DNA of 63,728 nucleotides, filler included, from Hyphochytrium catenoides (taxonomy: Eukaryota; Protista; Hyphochytriomycota): assembly GCA_900088475.1 (NCBI GenBank). It is 10 parts of 10 records of this genome, joined end to end, with 100 filler letters (N's around TTAATTAATTAA, not from the genome) between each part and the next. Parts side by side here need not be neighbours in the genome. Positions count along the whole stretch, not along the records: positions 22,571 to 26,613 come from FLMG01002548.1; positions 26,714 to 41,107 come from FLMG01001251.1; 8 more parts are not named here. One strand, written 5' to 3'. The position numbers and the translations under genes were made by a program. This document shows, one piece after another, positions 24,189 to 37,000 of the stretch (positions are counted from its first letter, which is position 1; each line of letters starts with the position of its first letter). Below the pieces are notes generated by a model. It saw nothing but the letters and a program-made list of their open reading frames with translations, ran no database searches and had not been told where the DNA came from.

Positions 24189-27171
24189 CAGGATCGTTTC
24201 AGCTCCGTCAAACTCAACTGATTACTGCTAGGAACCAGTGGTAGATAACCAGAAGGTTAGGCTTATCAGTAACCGGAATGACATTGAGAACCTCTTCTAA
24301 GATTATTACAGGGCATTTACAGTAGGAAGTGCTTAGAAAGTGCTCATGGACAATCGGCTCCCTTAGCAGTCTCTTCATAGTCTTTTTCATTATATCTTGT
24401 AAAGGGTAGAAGTTCTACAGCGGAGATCTAGAGAAGAAGAGAAGGGCAATGTTCTTCTCAGAGAGAGGCCCTCATAGTTTCTTCTTGTAGACCAAACGAA
24501 TCTGCCTGCTAAGTATGGCCCGGTGTGGTGTCACCCAGACTGAAGACGGAAACTGAAAAATCAGCGGGGTTTTGCCCTGCTACTACTACTATTTATGTCA
24601 GTTTGTCATCATTCGCTTGGCCTTACAAAGTGTTGTTGTCCTGCCAAAGAGAGGACGGGGTTGTAAGAAGAAGGAGGTCTGCTATCGCGAACAACGAGTA
24701 GTCAAAGTCTTCTAGCAGCAGCAGCAGACTACGAGAGAAGATAGACGAGTCAGATGAGACTTGCCATAATAAAGGCAACGAAGAGGAGAAGATACAAACG
24801 ATTCTCGACCACGACAGGAAGGAGGGCAAAGAACTGCAAAATTATAGTTGACAGCAAGCAGCTGCATTATTGATCCACGTCGAGTCTAATAAGTTGGAGT
24901 CCTCTCTTTTATAAGTAGTGCTCTTAAGGTTGCGCGGGGGAGGAGGGAGAGGATTAACTTCTGTGAGGGATGCTTCTAGAAGAAGACAGTGGTGTGACTC
25001 TGAGGGCCTCCTCCTGAAGAAGTACTGGGCGTGGACGACTCCTCTGTAAAAGCTGTGTTTGCCAGTTTGTTAGAGCTGCTTGGATCAGTTAGTCTCACAA
25101 ATACTGCTCGCCTGACAGGCGCACTTGTGACTCAGAAAAAAGGCTTGTTCCAGAATGAGCAGTCTCTGAGTAACAATGCAGAGCAGAGACGGTCAGCTCA
25201 CTCTTCCAACAGAAGCCTTAGCTGAGAGAAGGTCGTGACTTGCTACTAGTAGGCTCAGCATAGGACTGGTAAAGGACGGAGCGATAATGACACACTCCAT
25301 CCACCAACAAAGACCCTTTGGGTGCTGTTTAGAAATCCAGCTCTTCCCTTTCTTCTTCATTGAAGCTAAGGAAAAGAGGTACGTATACCACTGGACTTCC
25401 ACAAGAAGGAAGTGTATAATAAGTCTCAAAGCCGCTGCTCAGCTAGAGATGATAGTCTACGGGCATCTTTCACTCTCTAGGTAGGAAGAAGAAGAGACGG
25501 AGGTGAAAAGGCGCAGGCCCTCAATCATCAGATGTCATCAATGGACTTAAGGTGTAGGACTCCTAGACTGCTCCATCCAGAAGCGTTGACAATGATAGAG
25601 GCACAACTCCCATCCATCGCAGCAGCAGATAGAGAGTTACGTCCCTTGTGCACATGATGGCATCAAGGCATCAAGGTTTACTCATAGAACGAGGAATAAA
25701 GGCAAATTCTATGGGGAAGGAAAGGCTGCTGGTGTGTTGTTGCGGGCATGAATGACGTCAGTTGCGCGGGGCGGTACCGGAAATGTCAATTATCCCGTCA
25801 ATCAATCCTTTATTTACTTTGATGAATAAAGACTGTCAATTTGGCGTGTTCTCCTTGAGATTTACACGGAAAGTGTAGTGCAGCTGACATTAAATTTGGC
25901 AAGTATTTGACAGGTTGGCGTGGTGGCGGGTTGGGTGATGTGAGGATCAGATGGGGTTGTGGGCAGTTAGAGGCACACACAGGCGAGGGATCAGAAGCGG
26001 CATGGTGGTGATGACCGGACACTTTCTGGTACACTTCCTCCGCCGGCTGCTGTGTCTTCAATCTTCAAGGAGATAGATGGCCCGTGTGTCGTTCACTAGC
26101 AGCAGCCGCGCTATCTCCTGCTTGACGCAAGCAGCAACACCTTGTCCTTCCCCGGCATCTCGGTTGCTGCTATCGCGCGGTACAGCCCAGACGACCAAAC
26201 CGAAGCGAAGCACGGTGGTACCAGTGTAGCACAACCAATTTCGGAAGCACAAGTCCATCGTTGGTCGGACTGGTTGTTAGTGGTCTGGTTATAAAAGTGG
26301 GCGGCAAACAAGCGTCCGTTAAGCTGCCAGAGCAAACAGTCCAAGCTGGTATAATGACGGTATGCGCTTCACCTACTAGTTGCAATGGCATCTGTGCGAC
26401 TCTAACTCGAGACAACTGTCCTTCAATAACAGATGAGAGACATGGTGGATGCTACCAACGAGACTTATGAGAGCTTTCGCTTGCAATATGGTGAAGCGCC
26501 GATGCTGGTACTGACTCTATCACTCTTCCTTTTAGAGCTGTTTGATGCGCTTACGTCACCTCTTTCTGTGACAAGAACCACACACAGCAACAGTTCCAGA
26601 TCGAGCTATCATCNNNNNNNNNNNNNNNNNNNNNNNNNNNNNNNNNNNNNNNNNNNNTTAATTAATTAANNNNNNNNNNNNNNNNNNNNNNNNNNNNNNN
26701 NNNNNNNNNNNNNATTTTAAAGATAAAGTTTCGTTTACAGTGTCCCGGTGCAGTTGCTCTAAGAACTAGTAGTAGAGCCACCAGGAGGAAGATAATAACA
26801 GCAGCAAACGACCCCACGAAAACCTCTTCGTCGTCCTCCCCACAACCCCATAGTCTTGTTCTTGGATTATTTTCGGGTACGTCTAATTCGTACTAAATAA
26901 CGAAAGTAGATCGAATATGGACCCTCAACGTATTTATTCTCGGTAGTACGTGCCGAATTTAATCCGTTTCACATCTCTTCCTGTATTTCACTGAGAAGAG
27001 GAAGAAGGAGACCTCAAACAAGAGATTGGCCGAATGTAAAACTTCCTGCTCTAGAATTAGCACTACTGTTTTATACCTGGAGCTGGCCTAGTAGTAGCAG
27101 AGGAAAGAGAGACGGACCGCGAAGGAATGGTGAGAGAAAGAGCAGAAGAAAGCTAACAAGCATGCACTGGG

Positions 27172-27228
<57 letters not shown>

Positions 27229-28117
27229 CGGAGAGACAGCCGCTAGCCGGATGACCCGAGCGGGAAAGGAGAAGTGAAAGAGAGAGAAAGAAAGGACAGG
27301 AGAAGTGCGGAGCAGGGAGGAACAACTCTCACCGTCAGTAGTCAGTACATTCTTCTAGGGAAAGAAGGAGGGAGGAAGAAGGTCTATCCTTATGGTACCG
27401 TGGCGTGGCATGACAATCTTCCTAACATACGCTATGGCGGTGGAGGAGGAGGCACCGCTGTCTGAGCTGCTAAGGATTTGGCGCCTGGGGCTGGGACATT
27501 AGCTCATCAACAGTGGAGAGTCTGTGTCGTTCCCAGAAGGGTTCTCTCCAAGCCGTATGATGAGCCGCCAACAGGGAAAGGAAGCGAGGAAGATGGGGCT
27601 AGACCGTACACTACGTAGCTAGAGATGCTGTTTATGGATTGAAAGAAGATGAGGGCAGCGGTTCTAAGAGAAAGTTCCATAAGGAAAGAAACAGACGACA
27701 GCCAAGCCTGTTGCCTTCTTATCAGCAGAGTGGTCCCACATGGCTACTTCCGCTTTTATTGCTTCTTCCTTGCCAGGACAAACGGTAAGAAAGAGTAGCC
27801 AGAAGAGAAGGTACAGAGATCTAAGACACTTTCTATGGCGCATTCTCCTCGTTTTAACTCGGAAATGAGTGTTTCCCCTTATCTTCCTCCCCGCCAACAA
27901 GCAGGAGAAAGGATTGAAAGGAACTCTCTCTCATTCGCTCGTGGAGACCATAGAAGCGTCCTGAAGAAGACATGATGACAGAGGACGAGGGACCTCAATC
28001 GCCTTCAAACTTATCGTCCACAGGAGTCTTCATAGTCAGATCTCCAGCTTACTTCTTGCATCGCCAACGCAATTCCTCGCTTCCCCCGGCCAGTAGCTGC
28101 CTGATAGCTTATCGACG

Positions 28118-28849
28118 ATGAAGCTCCAGAACCCCATTAACCTTCTGTCATTTGTTCTTCTGAGTACTTGCGCCACATTGACAGCGGCAGCAGAAGCAAG
28201 CGCCCCATTCCTTGCAGCTGCAACTTCAGGAGGCAGCTCAGAATTATTGGCCCCGTCAAGAGCTACTCCGGACTGTGTTTGCCCTGAATATTACTCTCCT
28301 GTGTGCTACGAGGGCAAGACATACGGCAATAAGGTTTGTCTCCAGTGCTCCTTGGCGGGACAAGTGGATGAGACAAAGATCATTCCAGGAGAATGCCCAG
28401 AGAAAGCCATCCCTCTGCTGCCAGTCGGAGGGCGAAAAGGAGGCAGCTCAGAATTATTGGCCCCGTTAAGAGCTACTCCGGGCTGTGCTTGCCCTGAATA
28501 TTACTCTCCTGTGTGCTACGAGGGCAAGACGTACTCTAATAAGGTTTGTCTCCAGTGCTCCTTGGCGGGACAAGTGGATGAGACGAAGATCATTCCGGGA
28601 GAATGCCCAGAGGAGGCCATCCCTCTGCTGCCAGTCGGAGGGCGAAATGGGAGGTTTGGCCCGAGACGATGCATGTGCCCTATGGACTATAAGCCTGTTT
28701 GCTATCAGGCGCAGACCTATGGCAACGTTTGCCAGTTAATGTGCTATGTTGACGGTCCAGAGAAGGAAAAACGTCGCCGTGAAGCGATTAGCGGCCCATG
28801 TGTTGGACCGAATAGCCCATTGTCACCAGTCCGTCAATCATTTGCCTAA
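28118..28849 (+). CDS. Secreted three-domain Kazal-type serine protease inhibitor (intronless)
   Basis: Signal peptide MKLQNPINLLSFVLLSTCATLTAAA; three domains of pattern CxCPxxYxPVC....TY.N..C..C...G.C. Domains 1 and 2 are a 210-bp near-identical tandem duplication (28229 and 28439). Confidence 0.92.
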   Translation: MKLQNPINLLSFVLLSTCATLTAAAEASAPFLAAATSGGSSELLAPSRATPDCVCPEYYSPVCYEGKTYGNKVCLQCSLAGQVDETKIIPGECPEKAIPLLPVGGRKGGSSELLAPLRATPGCACPEYYSPVCYEGKTYSNKVCLQCSLAGQVDETKIIPGECPEEAIPLLPVGGRNGRFGPRRCMCPMDYKPVCYQAQTYGNVCQLMCYVDGPEKEKRRREAISGPCVGPNSPLSPVRQSFA

Positions 28850-28923
28850 TTAGAACTATGACTCTGTCGAATAGTAGCGACGGCAACTGAAGAGCGAGAG
28901 ATTAACCAGGAGGGAAAGAGGAC

Positions 28924-28966
<43 letters not shown>

Positions 28967-29301
28967 TTGACTGAGCTCCTGTTGATATGCCCTACCAAGA
29001 ATGGGAAGGCTTACTTAGAAGAATCCCTGCCCGTCTAGCGTTCCTCTAAAGATGTGCACCTATCATTTGCTCTTCAGCTGTGGCTCACTCCTCTCTACTC
29101 TCCTCATCCTTGCACAACCGGTGGGCCCTCCTATTATAGATGATAGAGGCCTCAGTTATAAGGACAGAAGGACATTCAGGACGAGCTGAGTGTGTCGTCC
29201 TCTTTGTTCGCTGGCTTTTCTCTCTCCTCACGCTCTACTAGGAGATCGAAGACTCAAACGGCCAGCACTCTTTGAACTCTCCCCTGCCTTTGCCCTGTAT
29301 T

Positions 29302-29336
<35 letters not shown>

Positions 29337-29616
29337 CTCTCTCTTCCTCAATCTTTCTCTCTCTCTCTCTCTCTCCTACATCCGTACATTTGGTCTTATC
29401 CGCGGAACAGCGTTCTCTTCCGCGGAAAAGTAGGCCATAAGCAGAGCGAAGAATCACATACGAGGAGAACTAGTTATTAGAGGGAGAGGCAGTAGAACGG
29501 GGTGATAAGAGAGACTTCTAGGACGTCTGGAAGGCAGCAATGGCTATCGACGAGAGAGAGAAAGCATGTCATTAGCGCTGTACAAAGTCTATTAACTTAG
29601 AGGATGTGATAGATGG

Positions 29617-30078
29617 TTACATGGCAGGCCAACTCTCTGTCCCGCACTCTCCTTCTCTAGCTTCTCTGATCATCTTCTCTCTCTCCTGCTGGTCTGTGAC
29701 GCCACAGGTGAGCCTGCAGGTATTGGTATAGGTCGTGCCCTTGTAGCAGACAGGGCGATAAAGAGCTGGGCAGATGCAGGGAAGTGGACGAGGCAAGGAA
29801 GGCTCCTCCTCCTCCGCCACGAGCTCCTCCGGCTCAGGGCAGATTCCTTCTTTGACTTCTTTCTCATTGACATCCTCTTCGGCGCAGCGTAAGCAGGCGC
29901 GGTTAGAGTACGTCTTTCCTCTGTAGCAGACAGGGTCGAAGACAGCGGTGCAGACACAGTTCTGCTGTTGCAGTCCACGGAGGCTGGAAGTAGCTGCTGC
30001 CTCTGGAGCCGCAGCAGCGGATGCTGCACATGCAGCGAGGGCTGAGGCCACGAACAAGAAAGGCGTTGTGAGCTTCAT
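29617..30078 (-). CDS. Secreted two-domain Kazal-type serine protease inhibitor (intronless)
   Basis: Signal peptide MKLTTPFLFVASALAACAASAAA from ATG 30078; domains CVCTAVFDPVCYRGKTYSNRACLRC..GIC and CICPALYRPVCYKGTTYTNTCRLTC..GEC. Confidence 0.92.
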   Translation of the reverse strand: MKLTTPFLFVASALAACAASAAAAPEAAATSSLRGLQQQNCVCTAVFDPVCYRGKTYSNRACLRCAEEDVNEKEVKEGICPEPEELVAEEEEPSLPRPLPCICPALYRPVCYKGTTYTNTCRLTCGVTDQQEREKMIREAREGECGTESWPAM

Positions 30079-32533
30079 ATTGCCTTGGTAGCTTGTAGGA
30101 AATGATAGCAAGGTCAAGCTCTGGTGGAAAGGGGCGTTGGCCGTTAAGATAACGAAGACTGCAGGAGAGAAGGGCTTGCTACCGAGGTGGGAGAGGATGA
30201 TGATGTTGCTTGGGCTGGGCTTTGGAAGTTGATGACTGAAGACTTGTGCCCTGACTTCCTCAGCAGCATCCAACTCAGCTCCCTTCTCTCAATCGCGCTT
30301 AATTCTCTTCCTTTCTGCATGAGATGTCCGTCCAGTGGCAGACAGCGACAGAGACAACTCTTCTTGGCACTGGCAAACAACGCGAGAAAGAGAGTAACAA
30401 AAGGCTGTTGGCTTGTCGGTCATGAGGGATGGGCAGAGCGAGGAGGACGAGAGCGACAACCAGTGCTAGATCTCTCGAACAGTTCCTTCAGGCAAAGTGG
30501 CTGTTATTAGCCGCCTCACCCTTGGTCATTCCGAACGGGAAACATCGGACGTAAAGCTGGAAGAGAGACAAGGAAAGGGAAGAAAAGATAGCTCAGCAGA
30601 TTTCCCAGGTCGCGGGAGCTGCGTAAGGCTCATCAATCCTAAGATCTCTCTTAGGCCAGCAGCCATCCGCAGAGGAGGACAATAGGCAGAGAGTTCTACA
30701 GAGGAGGAGAAGGATCGTAGCTGTTCACGTTCTTAGTCTTCTCTAAGTGATAGTAGAACGACTGGTTCGTGCACCTCTCTTCTGTCTCTTCTCTCTCTCT
30801 CTCTCTCTCTCTCGTGCACTCCTTCTCTCTAGCTCGCACACTGGCTCTGGCTCTTGGAACTCCTTTCTCTTCTATCTCACTTCCTTCTCTCTTTGTCTCA
30901 CTCCTCGGTCTTCGATCGTGCCTGTCTCTCAGGTCCTTGAGCAAACCAGACGGAGCTCTTTCTGCGGCACTCTGTCTCTTCAAACTCTCTTGCTCTTCCT
31001 TCTCTTCATTCCTCATTTGGCTAAGAAAAAGCATCTGTCATTCTTCGATGGAGATCTGACTCTTTCTTAATGTCCCAGATCTTTGATGTCTCATTTTTTT
31101 TTTGCTTACTTGTCACCACCTGCCTGCCAGATAGACAGACGATCGGCTGCGTGACCTCTTCTTCATTGATCATGCACTTTCTAAGAGAGACGACTGAAGA
31201 GGCCAGAGAAAGTGACGGCTCTATGGGAGCCCCGGCCCGTCGTTCCTAAAGAGTATGCGCCTAGGAAATCCAGTCGTTGCCAGCTAAAGAACGGAATGAA
31301 GCCCGTACTCTGAGGGTTATGAGGGACACTATCACGGCAGGAGGAAGAGTAATGCAGCTTTCGATAGGGAAGCTGCATGGCTCGGACGCACGCCGGTGGA
31401 CGCCAAAGTCGTAGAGACAAAGGAGAATCCTTTGCGCGGAGAATGTTTGGAGGTCCTGTCGCACAAACGTATCGCAGAAGAGGCGGAGGAAGATCCTTAA
31501 AACTCTTCATAGCTTGCTATAGCCAGCGCTTGACAGCGCGGGCTTGCCGACGTCGAGGGAATTTAGGTAGACAGCGCTTGTTGTCTCCCTCTTGCTTTGT
31601 TCAATGTATGACACTTTCCTGCCCTCCTCTTCCCGATAGCGCTCGTCGCGCGAGTCAACCTGCTGCCCCTGGATCCTATCTGGCCATTGCGCTGGGTTGG
31701 TTTCAAGGAAAGGACCGCAAGCGGCCAGGCTGCCGCATTGCTGGTTGACGCTGACTCTCACCGCGGCCATGACACCTTCTATTGGCCATGCTTACCCGCA
31801 AACGCGGGCGTTCATGTGTCACTTTACATCTTTCCCCTGTACTTGAAGGGGGCGACCAACAAGGCAGCGTGCTCATCATGCGGGCGAGCCACCGAAGGAA
31901 ACTACCTGCCTCAGAAAAGCATGTCTCCTCAGCTGTGGCAGCAGTGGTCATAAGATGGTCAACAAGGAAGGCTGTCGCTTTCAATAGGTAGACCGTCGAT
32001 CTCGAGCTTTTGCTGGTAGCCAAAGGTTCCAAATCTCCCTCACTGAGAGGCATGTGACTCTATCTACTTGGTCCCAGTGGATTAGGGATACTGGCGCTTC
32101 TTGACCGTCACTGTGTCCCCTTCAGTGCCCGGTAGATCGTCAATGCCTGACCGAGGACCTTCCCTGAGCTATGTCGCATCATTCTTCAACGTCCGGGTGT
32201 ACCAGTTCCTGACTTCATGGAACTACTAGGATGGAGGGAGACTTGGGCTTGCCATCAGCACGAGAGACGAGGAAAGAGAAAGATTCACAAGTTTACTATT
32301 AGAAGTCACACGTATAAAGTACATTGCTGGTCCTTATCAATGGACAATACAGAGTAATGTACAATTAGCCTTGACATCAGGCACGACTGGACGGATAGAC
32401 TGCGACTGCCATGAGCAGCAGCAGGACAAACGGGTGAGACACAGAGAGACAAAGAGACTATAAAAGCGCCAGAACTCATCGCGCTGAGCATTCGTCGTAG
32501 GACTCTCCCAGGTACGGGGAGAGCTTGCCACTT

Positions 32534-34098
32534 TTAGAAGTGAGAGCGGATTGTGTTCATTGTGATGTGGATGAGGACGCCTGTCAGTATGCCTAGCTTC
32601 TGTTTCCGAGGAACTGAGCGTTCCCATAGCTACCGGAGGCCAGATCAGAGAGCACGAGCGATAGAGAAAGGGAACAATAAAGAAAGAGAGAGAGAGAGAG
32701 ACGAGTTAGCACTCAGCCATCAGGATGCTGCCAGGATATAGTGTCAGAGATGGAAGGCTAGTGAATTTATGAGAGCAACCAAGAGGGCAGTCCAAGAAGG
32801 TAGAGAAAATGGATAGAAACATAGAGGAGTCGCATATCTGGCGCAGAAGGATGGCGATTGCTGGTGCTCTTTGACGTACCCAGAAGAGTAGGATCACGCC
32901 CAGAATGGCGCCCATGAAGACTCCCCATACAAAGTCTAAGATGGAGCCGTCCGCTGCAGGTGCATCGTCGTCATAAGAGGAGAAGTCTATTCTTCTATCG
33001 CTATTTAACGGGCGAACATTGAGGGCAAACTCTGAGTTGGGACCCTGCGCGTCCATCCACTCTTCCTCTACCCTGTAGATTCGCTCTTCAGGTGTCTCTC
33101 CTGTGAAGCAGGGAGATAGGAGGCGCACAGCGCAAGGAGAACAAAGAAGGGAGAGATACAGAAGCACGTAGGTCAGTATCGGAGCAATGACAACCGCAAT
33201 CAGCTAATGCGGTGTACCTTCTCTAGCAGTGTCCTGCTCTAACAACGCTGATATCTGAGGGAAGAAGTAGAGTCGTAGCGCTTGGACTTCTTCCATAGAG
33301 ACATTAGCACTTCGAAGACGGTCAAAGCCTCGTCTGTTATTGTCAGTGCAGGCGTCAGGATCCTAACGAAGGGCGGTAGGAAGGGAAAGAATTTGGATGC
33401 TGCTTAGCTCTCGAACGATATGACACCCGAAGAGTCCATGACTTACGTGCTGGACTACTGTTTGGGGCTGCTGGAGCTTCTCCGAGATGGCGCAGTGGAT
33501 ATATCCTCGGTCTCCGATCTTACATTCAGCCAGAGTGGCGTCATCGCTGGAGAGAAGCTTGCCTTGGTAGATGAGCCGCAGATATTTGCCTATAGCCTCC
33601 GCCTTCAGAGACAAACAAGTCAGTCTCTGTCTTAGACCTTTCCTCTCTTCTTCAACTGTCCCTGTCTTTAGCCCTCTCAAACACCGTCAACCGCCAACCA
33701 GTCTCTCCGGCTCAATCTCCCTTCCCTGTCTCTTCTTTTAGCGGCCTCTCTGCGTACCTTCTTCTGAATAAGAGACTTCAGCTCTGATATAGTGGTCGTG
33801 TCTGTGACGTTGAACTCTAGAGGCACTTCGCTTCTTGTCTTCACGAAGATTCTAAGGTTGTGGCTGTCAGGTTGTGGCTCTACATCTGGTTCTACCGCGT
33901 CTAATGTGCTATCGACCCAAGCCACTCCTGCTGGGTTCTCTAGATCAGGATAGCTGAGGTCTACCTCGCTTGAAGGCACTTTCTGCAAGAGCTGGGCAGC
34001 CCAAGAAGGGTAAGTAAGAGCTATCGGACATCAAAATGAGAGACTAACTAATGACCTTACCGCTGACTGCTCCTCTGACTGGTCAAAGAGCACCATCA
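32534..34098 (-). CDS. Dsc3-like (DUF2407) protein: ubiquitin-like domain, RGFDRL helical region and C-terminal TM pair
   Basis: Exons LRIFVKTRSEVPLEFNVTDTTTISELKSLI | YLRLIYQGKLLSSDDATLAECKIGDRGYIHCAIS | RRGFDRLRSANVSMEEVQALRLYF | EERIYRVEEEWMD..DFVWGVFMGAILGVILLFW | LWERSVPRKQKLGILTGVLIHITMNTIRSHF*. This matches the architecture of DSC E3 ligase subunit 3. Start codon uncertain. Confidence 0.8.
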
Positions 34099-37000
34099 TC
34101 TTCTGTGCGCAGAGGATGTCTCTACTTTCCAAGGTGTACGTACTGGCTATCGAGAGAGTATAAGTGAATGAGCAAGGATAGCCCGTTCGGTCACAGGCCC
34201 TTCCACTTCTGCCCGCCTAGGCTCTGTTGATCTCTGGTGCTGGCCCTAGCTTTCTGGTCGGTGCGGGGAACTTATCTTATGAAACGCTATCTGAGTCTCT
34301 GTATAAGATGAAAAGTGACTGAGNNNNNNNNNNNNNNNNNNNNNNNNNNNNNNNNNNNNCTCTTTCTCTCTCTCTCTCTCTCTCTGCCGTCCCTGTGTCT
34401 CTGTCTCCTGTAAAGGTCATCTTTTGGTCTTGGGCCCAGGTTTTGGCTTTTGGTCGCGGATGTGGAAGATTTCGAGGTGACCAGAGGTCTCACTAAACCA
34501 ATGTCTTCGGGATAGTTACGCCTATCTCTGGAATTAGTACCAACTTATGACACTAAATTTAGAATTCGTTGGGTATTTGATGCTAAAGGGCAAAAGAGAC
34601 GGACCTGTCACTCAACCATTTAATGAAATAGAGGAGGAGAGAGATGGAACAGAGGCTAAAGATATTTTCACAGAGCGAGGTTGTAACATCTGCATAGAAG
34701 ACAGAGAAAGAAGTGGCAAGACAGAATGCAAAGAGAGATCGGGACAAAAGATGCGGCCATAGAAAATGGAAGAATGGCATGACGTTACGAACTTGAAGTG
34801 AGAAAGGACTGAACAGCTCCCTAACTACCTAAACTTAACTAGGGGATACGGTGGTGCTCGACTAACATCGTCGTACAGCTCAGTGTTCTTATCAGAGTCT
34901 CAGATTCTAACCTTGATAGTTTCTACCTGACATCCCCTCGGAGATAAGCAGATAACCAGCAGCAGAAGCAAGACTGTGTTCGAAATCTTCCTCAGAAACT
35001 ATGGAAAGATTGGAGCATTCACTATGTAAAGGACCATATTGTATCTTTCGAAGGTTTCGTGTTGTAATGGGCATGTTAGGAAATATGCAAAAGCTGAGCT
35101 CGTTATGCAGACGAAGGAAGGACAAAGGCGCGGAGCTTCTTCGGATCTCTTTCCAGATGCTGACGAAGCTTCATAATTCATGAGGCAGGAGGCAGGCTCA
35201 GGTGGCGAAAGGAAGCTGGGGCTCAGCTATGAAGGAGTCTGATGGAGTCATATCGCTAAGATGGACGACATTGCGGCTTCCAAGGCCATCAGGCGTAACG
35301 ACGCAGGAAGGATCACCAATGAAGAGCTAAAGATGAAGGGCTGAAGGAAGGAGAATATGTTAAGAGAGGGTGAGGCGGTCGAGAAAGTGCTATTTGATGG
35401 GTCTCTCGTTTTGGCAACACTACGCTCGGGCGCCGTCTGGCCCTCCGAGCAGTAGAGGAACTCCCTAGAACTAGTTACTATGCGCCTGAGGAGCCAGCGA
35501 GTATGTACAATAAACTGGGCCACTAGGGAGGCTCCGATTAAGAGACGACGACCACTGAAAGCGACACAGCAAGCAGCGAAAGGGAGAAAGAGAAAGGGAG
35601 GGGGGGCTTCCTAGTACAATCTCCTTTTTGACAATCCCGTTGCAGAAGAGACCGTATAAGAGGAGGGATGCAGTCTGTCACCTCGTCGTTGATCAAGTTG
35701 GTCCTTTCCCCTCATGCCTTTGATGCATCGAGACACCTATCATGTCCCTTCTAGACTAGGCATTGTTGGAGCTTATCCCCTTTTGGCCTCTCACTGTTAA
35801 CCACGGGGTCTGCTGGTAGCGTGTGAAGGCATGCCCCCATGAATGCTCATCATCAAGAGCACTTTGTCAAATAAAAAGTACTTGCGTTCGTTCAACTATG
35901 GAGAGACAGAAAGAATCCTCTACATTCCTCCCCCTTCGAGAGGACGAGAATACCCTCACGCCCTCATGCCTCACTTACAAGTGCCTGCACAGCAGAGGAG
36001 ATCACTGTCGGCCGGAGCCCCAGAATGGTTCAACGGAATGCGGGGAAGCCATCTCAAGTAGTATCATGTGTCTCCTCATCTGAGGTTGGCGGGTTTAGTA
36101 GCATGGATGAGAGGTGAGGGTAAGTACATGGAGTCTACCGTTAGTTCCAAGCAAGGAGCCAGACCATAGTCGGTCTACCATGCTCACTCGGTCTGCCATG
36201 CACACCTTGTTTGCGAACCATGAATAGAAGAGGTGCTCGAGCTCCGCCTCGGTTCGGCCAGGGTGTGGATCTCAATGAAGGAGAGTCGCGGTCGCAGCCA
36301 GGTAAGTGTTTGATCTGACTGGGTCTGGACACCCTTTCTACAAGTATCTGCACTCCGGTAAGGCCCTGATCTCCTCCTCCCTCCTCCTTCACTTGTCCGA
36401 GTCTTCGCTTTACCCTAAGCCTTCAAGCGTGCTATTACAGAGCCGAATGGTGATTCTTGGCCCGTAAGAGGCCATTCTACTGGTTAATACTGGTTACCAA
36501 CTCAAGCAGCCTTCGTTAGAAGAAGGTCCTGAGCATGCGAAGTAAGCAAATAGCAGAAAAGTAGCCCCCCGGACGGCAAGGAAGAGGCCATTGCTCTGCA
36601 AGAAGAAAGCGGCATAGTAGCACATGAGATAGACCTAACTTACAGCCCTTTTTGCTACTTCTTCTTGGTCGGACCTGACCCCAAGAGTGTCTGCTGGTCC
36701 ACACTGCTCTAGCATAGTGCCAAACCCTGTTGGGCTGGATGGTCGTAGGGGAATTGTGAGGAATGACATTCGTCGTAATAGCTGAGGGTCTACGATCAGG
36801 CGGGGAGCTTTCTTCAATCAAAGAGAATAGCCGAAGTGTGGGGTTGCTAGGTTTCCTGAGCCCGTAGTAGGAGGATGTAGCCTCCCGATCACGTCCAAAG
36901 TAGCTCAGGTCAACACTAGCCTCAGAGCCAGACAAAGATAGTAGCAATAACTCTGACGCTAATGCTGTTGGCCGCGTGGGTCCGCAGCATCTATACTCGT

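Noticed and set aside
30079-30273. N-terminal extension of the second Kazal ORF
   Set aside because: A clear signal peptide begins at ATG 30078; the upstream frame is probably UTR.
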